Assembly: GCF_000011125.1 (NCBI RefSeq)
Contig: NC_000854.2
Span: 840,001-872,000, forward strand
Reading direction: 5' to 3'
Length of the DNA: 32,000 bases
From: Aeropyrum pernix K1
Lineage (GTDB): Archaea; Thermoproteota; Thermoprotei_A; Sulfolobales; Acidilobaceae
Position numbers and translations under genes: made by a program. This document shows, in pieces, positions 27,372 to 32,000 of the stretch; position 1 is the stretch's first letter; the number at the start of each line of letters is the position of its first letter. The notes below the pieces were generated by a model. It was not told the origin of the DNA. It saw only the letters and a program-made list of their open reading frames with translations, and ran no database searches.

Positions 27372-28109
27372 TTACGGGGGCAGGTAGAGTATCCACGATC
27401 CCTTATCCTCGTCGAAGACCGCTATGCCCGCTCTGACCATCTCCCTGAATAGCCTTCCAGCCCTTTCACCCAGTTTCTCCGCTATTATCCTCTCAGCTGC
27501 AATACTGTCTGAAACGTCAAGCTCCTCGAGGATGCTTCTAAACCTCTCCCAATAGTTCTTGTCCACCGCGACATATTTTCCCTCGATATTGAGTACGACG
27601 GCCCCGCGCTTCTCTAGGGATGCGAAGAACCTCTGGGGGCTCCTTATCCACCCTGCTTCATCCTGGAAGAGGATGCCCTCCTCCCTAAGCCTCGCTATTG
27701 CATCGCCTCTATATTCACCCCTATCGTATTTCCTCTGCTCTCTCGCAGCGGGCCTGGGCTCCCTGTACTCCTGCGGCCCCCGGTCCAACTCATCCCTCCT
27801 CGCCAGCTCTAGGGTCTCAATCATCTCGATAATCCTGGAGAGTTTGAGGTTGATCTCGTCGATCTTACCTGTATAAGGGTTGAGAAGATCCATTATGCGG
27901 CGCTCTAGGCTTGCTAGTAGGCTCTTGAGCGCTTCGGGGGCAACGCCGCCGGCAGGGGCTTCACGCCCCTCGGCGTGCTGTGCCAGCACCCATCTAACAT
28001 AGTCGGTAACGCTGGCGAACCCATGCCTCCTAGCCTGTTCGCGTAGCCTCTCAAACTCTTCCTTGGTAAGCTTGATTTTTATATAATACTCCTCCACCGC
28101 CAGCCCCAT
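27372..28109 (-). CDS. RHH (CopG/Arc-like) DNA-binding domain protein with coiled/charged linker and C-terminal winged-helix-like domain
   Basis: YYIKIKLTKEEFERLREQARRHGFASVTDYVRWVLAQH is RHH-like; C-terminal YWERFRSILEELDVSDSIAAERIIAEKLGERAGRLFREMVRAGIAVFDEDKGSWILYLPP. Confidence 0.7.
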   Translation of the reverse strand: MGLAVEEYYIKIKLTKEEFERLREQARRHGFASVTDYVRWVLAQHAEGREAPAGGVAPEALKSLLASLERRIMDLLNPYTGKIDEINLKLSRIIEMIETLELARRDELDRGPQEYREPRPAAREQRKYDRGEYRGDAIARLREEGILFQDEAGWIRSPQRFFASLEKRGAVVLNIEGKYVAVDKNYWERFRSILEELDVSDSIAAERIIAEKLGERAGRLFREMVRAGIAVFDEDKGSWILYLPP

Positions 28110-28137
28110 TAATAGTTTTATATCGTCTCAGAGGTTT

Positions 28138-28863
28138 TTATTGAGCTTTGACGACGAGAGGTCCAGGGTTTATCTTGGACCGTATCTCGTGGAGGGCTTC
28201 GGCCGCCAAGGCGAGGCTGGCTCGTGCAGTTGGAGCGATGCCTATCCCCGCCTTTAAATCGCTTCTCACGAGAAGCATGTCAACAGTCTCTTTGACAGAC
28301 CCGTTCAAGGGGAGGACTGCTAGAATGTTATCTCCGCCTAGATACTGTGTTATTGCCCCAATCTTCTCCGCTACTTTTGAAATCTTCGCCATGAGATCCA
28401 TGACCTCGTAGTAGGTCCTCACAGGCCCCTCGGCCCTTGTTATAGCAGTTACATTGTTTAGATCGATATGGGCTATAGCGGTATACTCCTCCCCTTCACA
28501 CCGCTCATAGATGAGCCTCTCCTCCCTCCTCCTAAGCGCGTTCCAAGCTCTCTCAACCGCGTCCAGCGGTTTGACTCCGCAGTAGCTGGCCATCCTCACC
28601 TTGACCTTCGAGAGACCTGCTATAGCGTCGAGAACTCTCGCGTGCTCCTGAACGCCCATGTTTGAGGAGATGAGGAGCATAATATCATATCTTATCGGCA
28701 GTACGAAGCCCCCATACCCGGCGGCCTCCTTCTGGGCTGCCGCGTAGATGTCGCTCTGGAGCGTCTGTATTATCCATTCCCTATCGCTCCCAAGCTCCTC
28801 TGTCCACTCCCTGTATCCCACTTGCTCGACTACTGCAACCCTGACAGCCTTTTTCGCGTCCAA
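28138..28863 (-). CDS. gch3: GTP cyclohydrolase III (archaeal ArfA/Gch3 type)
   Basis: VAVVEQVGYREWTEELGSDREWIIQTLQSDIYAAAQKEAAGYGGFVLPIRYDIMLLISSNM...YTAIAHIDLNNVTAITR...ITQYLGGDNILAVLP...LKAGIGIAPTARASLALAAEALHEIR. Confidence 0.92.
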   Translation of the reverse strand: MDAKKAVRVAVVEQVGYREWTEELGSDREWIIQTLQSDIYAAAQKEAAGYGGFVLPIRYDIMLLISSNMGVQEHARVLDAIAGLSKVKVRMASYCGVKPLDAVERAWNALRRREERLIYERCEGEEYTAIAHIDLNNVTAITRAEGPVRTYYEVMDLMAKISKVAEKIGAITQYLGGDNILAVLPLNGSVKETVDMLLVRSDLKAGIGIAPTARASLALAAEALHEIRSKINPGPLVVKAQ

Positions 28864-28911
28864 AGCACCACCCCACGGCTGAGAGCATTTACCTTCGGCT
28901 TGACCTTCTGG

Positions 28912-29385
28912 TTAGCACTCGCCTGATAACTCCTTGGACCTTCTTGCGAGCTTCACAGCCGACTCAACGGCTCTTCTCGCATACTCCTCCGCCCTTTCTA
29001 TGGCCTCCAGCCTGCTCGCCCCAGGCCCTATTATGCCTAGTGTAACGGGCTTCCCATACTCAATGCTGAGATCGAGTAGCTTCCTCGCGGCCTGATGAGC
29101 CACCACTTCGTCGTGCTTCGTATCACCCTTGATGACGGCCCCTAGCACGGCCACAGCATCTACCTCGCTGTGGGTGGCAAGGAGCCTCGACACTATGAAG
29201 GGGGTGTCGAAAGTACCCGGCGATCTGGCCACCAGAGACACCTCAGCCCCGAGGAAGCGCGCATGGTCGATGGCCTTCTCCTCCATTACACGGGTTACAT
29301 CGTAGTTGAACTCTGACACCACAATAGCAATCCGAATCTTATCCCCGCAAGACACTGCTTCTAACCCAAAAACCCGAGAGCACAC
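28912..29385 (-). CDS. ribH: 6,7-dimethyl-8-ribityllumazine synthase (archaeal RibH)
   Basis: [32 protein letters not shown]...[15 protein letters not shown]...[75 protein letters not shown] matches the archaeal lumazine synthase pattern. Confidence 0.95.
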   Translation of the reverse strand: MCSRVFGLEAVSCGDKIRIAIVVSEFNYDVTRVMEEKAIDHARFLGAEVSLVARSPGTFDTPFIVSRLLATHSEVDAVAVLGAVIKGDTKHDEVVAHQAARKLLDLSIEYGKPVTLGIIGPGASRLEAIERAEEYARRAVESAVKLARRSKELSGEC

Positions 29386-29458
29386 TAAACCGGAAATAGC
29401 TTAACATCTATACTTAGATTAGATATGATGGGGCCTGTGATGAGGCGTAGCAGGTCCG

Positions 29459-29489
29459 AAGCCCCCTTGTGGATGAGCTGTGGGGGCTT
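29459..29489. other. Perfect 8-bp hairpin in the ribH-cdc48 intergenic region (candidate structured RNA)
   Basis: AAGCCCCC(29459-29466)-15 nt-GGGGGCTT(29482-29489), preceded by TGTGATGAGG (~29437). Confidence 0.4.
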
Positions 29490-29608
29490 GTGTGGCTACC
29501 GCGCGGGCCAGAGGCCCCAGGCGCCTCCACCTCGGCCCTGAGCAGGCTACTGAAGTGTAGAATATTGCAGAATGAATTATCCAGACCATTATAACCTCCG
29601 GAAAATAG

Positions 29609-29616
29609 TTTAAATA
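29609..29616 (+). promoter_or_regulatory. cdc48 promoter box A
   Basis: gaaaatagTTTAAATAcggg: BRE-like purines then a strong TTTAAATA box, ~26-33 nt upstream of the start codon, implying a leaderless or very short-leader mRNA. Confidence 0.75.
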
Positions 29617-29641
29617 CGGGAGTTTTGGAGGTGAGGATGAA

Positions 29642-31822
29642 GTGGCCAACTCTAGTGTTGAGCTGAGGGTGAGTGAGGCCTATCCCAGGGATGTTGGGAG
29701 GAAGATAGTCCGTATAGACCGTCAGACAGCTGCTAGGCTCGGGGTTGAGGTCGGTGACTTCGTTAAAGTATCAAAGGGTGATAGGAGTGTGGTAGCGGTT
29801 GTCTGGCCTTTGAGGCCGGACGACGAGGGTAGAGGCATAATAAGGATGGACGGATATCTCAGGGCAGCCCTAGGAGTGACGGTGGGGGATACAGTCACTG
29901 TTGAGAAGGCTGAGAAGGTTGAGCCAGCATCGAAGGTTGTTCTCGCGCCTACAGAGCCTATTAGGTTTGGGAGAGACTTTGTGGAGTACGTTAAGGAGTT
30001 TCTCCTGAGGAAGCCTATTAGCAGGGGGGAGACCATAATCGTACCTGTTCTCGAAGGCCTTCCCCTGGTCGTCGTCTCCACCCAGCCAGCCCACTTCGTC
30101 TATGTGACGGAGGCTACCGAGGTTGAGATCAGGGAGAAGCCTGTTAGGGAAGAGATAGAGAGGCTGAGGGGTGTTCCCAAGGTAACGTGGGAGGATATAG
30201 GCGATCTCGAGGAGGCTAAGGAGAGGATTAGGGAGATAGTGGAGCTCCCTATGAAGCACCCCGAGATATTCAAACACCTGGGCATCGAGCCTCCGAAGGG
30301 TATTCTGCTGTATGGCCCGCCGGGCACCGGTAAGACGCTGCTGGCCAAGGCGTTGGCGAACGAGATTGGAGCCTACTTTATCTCCATCAACGGGCCGGAG
30401 ATTATGAGCAAGTATTACGGCGAGAGCGAGCAGCGGCTCAGGGAGATCTTTAAGGAGGCGGAGGAGAACGCCCCCAGCATTATCTTCATCGACGAGATTG
30501 ACGCGATAGCCCCGAAGAGGGAGGAGGTTACAGGGGAGGTTGAGAAGAGGGTTGTGGCACAGCTTCTCACACTCATGGATGGATTGAAGGAGAGGGGGAG
30601 GGTTATAGTCATAGGCGCGACGAACAGGCCTGACGCCATAGACCCGGCTCTGAGGAGGCCTGGAAGGTTCGACAGGGAGATTGAGATACGGCCTCCCGAT
30701 AAGAGGGCTAGAGCCGAGATTCTGAAGGTTCACACCCGGAACATGCCTCTCGCAGAGGACGTGGACCTTGACAAGCTAGCCGAGATGACCCATGGCTACA
30801 CAGGAGCGGATCTCGCCGCTCTGGCGAAGGAGGCGGCCATGGCGGCTTTGAGAAGGTTCATACGGGAGGGGAAGATCAATTTTGAGGCCAAGGAGATTCC
30901 GGCAACCGTCCTCAAGGAGCTGAAGGTGACGATGAAAGACTTCATGGAGGCTATGAAGATGATAAGGCCTACGCTTATAAGGGAGATCTACGTCGAGGTT
31001 CCCGAGGTTAGGTGGAGTGATATAGGCGGCCTCGAGGAGGCTAAACAGGCTCTTCGAGAAGCTGTTGAGTGGCCTCTGAAGCACCCCGAGATATTTGAGA
31101 AGATGGGTATTAGGCCTCCTAGGGGTGTTCTCTTGTTCGGGCCTCCGGGTACTGGTAAGACGCTTCTGGCCAAGGCTGTGGCTACTGAGAGTGGGGCGAA
31201 CTTCATAGCGGTGAGGGGCCCGGAGATACTCAGCAAGTGGGTAGGAGAAAGCGAAAGAGCTATTCGGAAGATCTTTGAGAGGGCCAGGCAGGCAGCCCCA
31301 GCCGTAGTGTTCTTCGACGAGATAGACGCCATAGCCCCTGCGAGGGGAGCTAGGTTCGACACCAGCGGTGTTACGGACAGAATTGTAAACCAAATGCTGG
31401 CTGAGATGGACGGGATACAGCCGCTCTCAAACGTCGTTGTCATAGGGGCGACGAACAGGCCTGACATACTGGACCCTGCACTACTGAGGCCAGGAAGGTT
31501 CGACAGGCTTATCTACGTGCCACCACCGGATAAGGAGGCTAGGAAGGAGATATTCAAGATACACACAAAAAAGGTGCCACTCGGAGAAGATGTTGACCTC
31601 GAGAAGCTCGCGGAGATGACGGAGGGCTACACAGGAGCCGATATAGAGGCGGTGGTTAGAGAGGCAGTTATGGCAAAACTTAGGGAGAAGCTAGAGGTCG
31701 GTAAAGTCGAAATGAGACACTTCCTAGAGGCGCTAAAGAAAGTGCCACCCAGTCTTACCAAGGAGGATATACTCCGGTATGAAAGGCTCGCAAAGGAGCT
31801 GAAGAAGCTGACGCTGGGATGA
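29642..31822 (+). CDS. cdc48: Archaeal Cdc48/VCP/VAT two-domain AAA+ ATPase
   Basis: Two AAA modules: [17 protein letters not shown]...[12 protein letters not shown] and [17 protein letters not shown]...[13 protein letters not shown]; N-terminal double-psi barrel ([19 protein letters not shown]). GTG start. Confidence 0.97.
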   Translation: MANSSVELRVSEAYPRDVGRKIVRIDRQTAARLGVEVGDFVKVSKGDRSVVAVVWPLRPDDEGRGIIRMDGYLRAALGVTVGDTVTVEKAEKVEPASKVVLAPTEPIRFGRDFVEYVKEFLLRKPISRGETIIVPVLEGLPLVVVSTQPAHFVYVTEATEVEIREKPVREEIERLRGVPKVTWEDIGDLEEAKERIREIVELPMKHPEIFKHLGIEPPKGILLYGPPGTGKTLLAKALANEIGAYFISINGPEIMSKYYGESEQRLREIFKEAEENAPSIIFIDEIDAIAPKREEVTGEVEKRVVAQLLTLMDGLKERGRVIVIGATNRPDAIDPALRRPGRFDREIEIRPPDKRARAEILKVHTRNMPLAEDVDLDKLAEMTHGYTGADLAALAKEAAMAALRRFIREGKINFEAKEIPATVLKELKVTMKDFMEAMKMIRPTLIREIYVEVPEVRWSDIGGLEEAKQALREAVEWPLKHPEIFEKMGIRPPRGVLLFGPPGTGKTLLAKAVATESGANFIAVRGPEILSKWVGESERAIRKIFERARQAAPAVVFFDEIDAIAPARGARFDTSGVTDRIVNQMLAEMDGIQPLSNVVVIGATNRPDILDPALLRPGRFDRLIYVPPPDKEARKEIFKIHTKKVPLGEDVDLEKLAEMTEGYTGADIEAVVREAVMAKLREKLEVGKVEMRHFLEALKKVPPSLTKEDILRYERLAKELKKLTLG

Positions 31823-32000
31823 CGCCCCCCAGAATTCGATCCACCCTCCCTATTCCTAAGTTTTTGTGATTAGCTCTCTTCCCCTCATGTAGCCCCAAGT
31901 CTTTGCGCTACATATTTTAGCAGACTGCGCATGACTCCATCCCCTCTTTATGGAGGCTAGAGGCCGGGGATTGTCTGACAGCTGTTTGTAGTGTGTGGCG

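Noticed and set aside
29437-29550. Canonical C/D box sRNA
   Set aside because: TGATGA and a CTGA are present but ~100 nt apart, and I could not place D'/C' boxes at normal spacing; kept only as a generic structured-RNA candidate.
29419-29649. 76-aa minus ORF in the ribH-cdc48 intergenic region
   Set aside because: Overlaps the strong cdc48 promoter and start; translation looks non-biological. The region is better explained as regulatory or ncRNA.
30776-31393. 205-aa minus ORF (and 29870..30733 minus 287 aa) inside cdc48
   Set aside because: Antisense shadows of a strongly supported AAA+ ATPase; translations are low-complexity R/P/L-rich sequence with no motifs.
1-32000. CRISPR array, transposase, integrase, tRNA/rRNA genes, toxin-antitoxin pairs
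   Set aside because: None visible on reading: no regularly spaced direct repeats, no transposase/integrase motifs in the ORF translations, no convincing tRNA T-loop/acceptor pairing in the gaps. A tRNAscan-SE, CRISPR-finder and Rfam run would be decisive.

Overview
Dense, ordinary-looking chromosomal window from what looks like a hyperthermophilic crenarchaeon. This is inferred from a reverse gyrase, an archaeal-type lumazine synthase, GTP cyclohydrolase III, a two-domain Cdc48 ATPase, TTTAAATA-type promoters and many GTG/TTG starts; an Aeropyrum-like genome is my best guess. I see no CRISPR array, IS element, integrase, tRNA or rRNA. Main content, left to right: a radical SAM protein (-, truncated at the left edge), hyuA/hyuB-type hydantoinase/oxoprolinase subunits, an ABM-domain protein, an M42 peptidase, a phytoene-dehydrogenase-like oxidoreductase (-), two membrane proteins, reverse gyrase, a nitrilase-fold protein with two of three catalytic residues replaced, an EamA transporter interrupted by one in-frame TAG, an AMP-forming acetyl-CoA synthetase (-), a small hypothetical protein, moaC (-), a 1322-aa RecQ-like helicase with a ~600-aa unassigned N-terminus, a Cys-containing hypothetical protein (-), a membrane protein (-), a PadR regulator (-), an SDR with an altered active-site motif, a hypothetical protein (-), a SPOUT (SFM1/PF04252-like) methyltransferase, a riboflavin-related cluster (ribH, gch3 and an RHH-domain gene, all -), and cdc48. 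The best leads are the giant RecQ-like protein, the A-K-D 'dead' nitrilase next to reverse gyrase, the single-stop EamA gene, the RHH-domain protein in the riboflavin cluster, and a structured intergenic region between ribH and cdc48. I did not find a convincing new multi-gene defence or mobile system.
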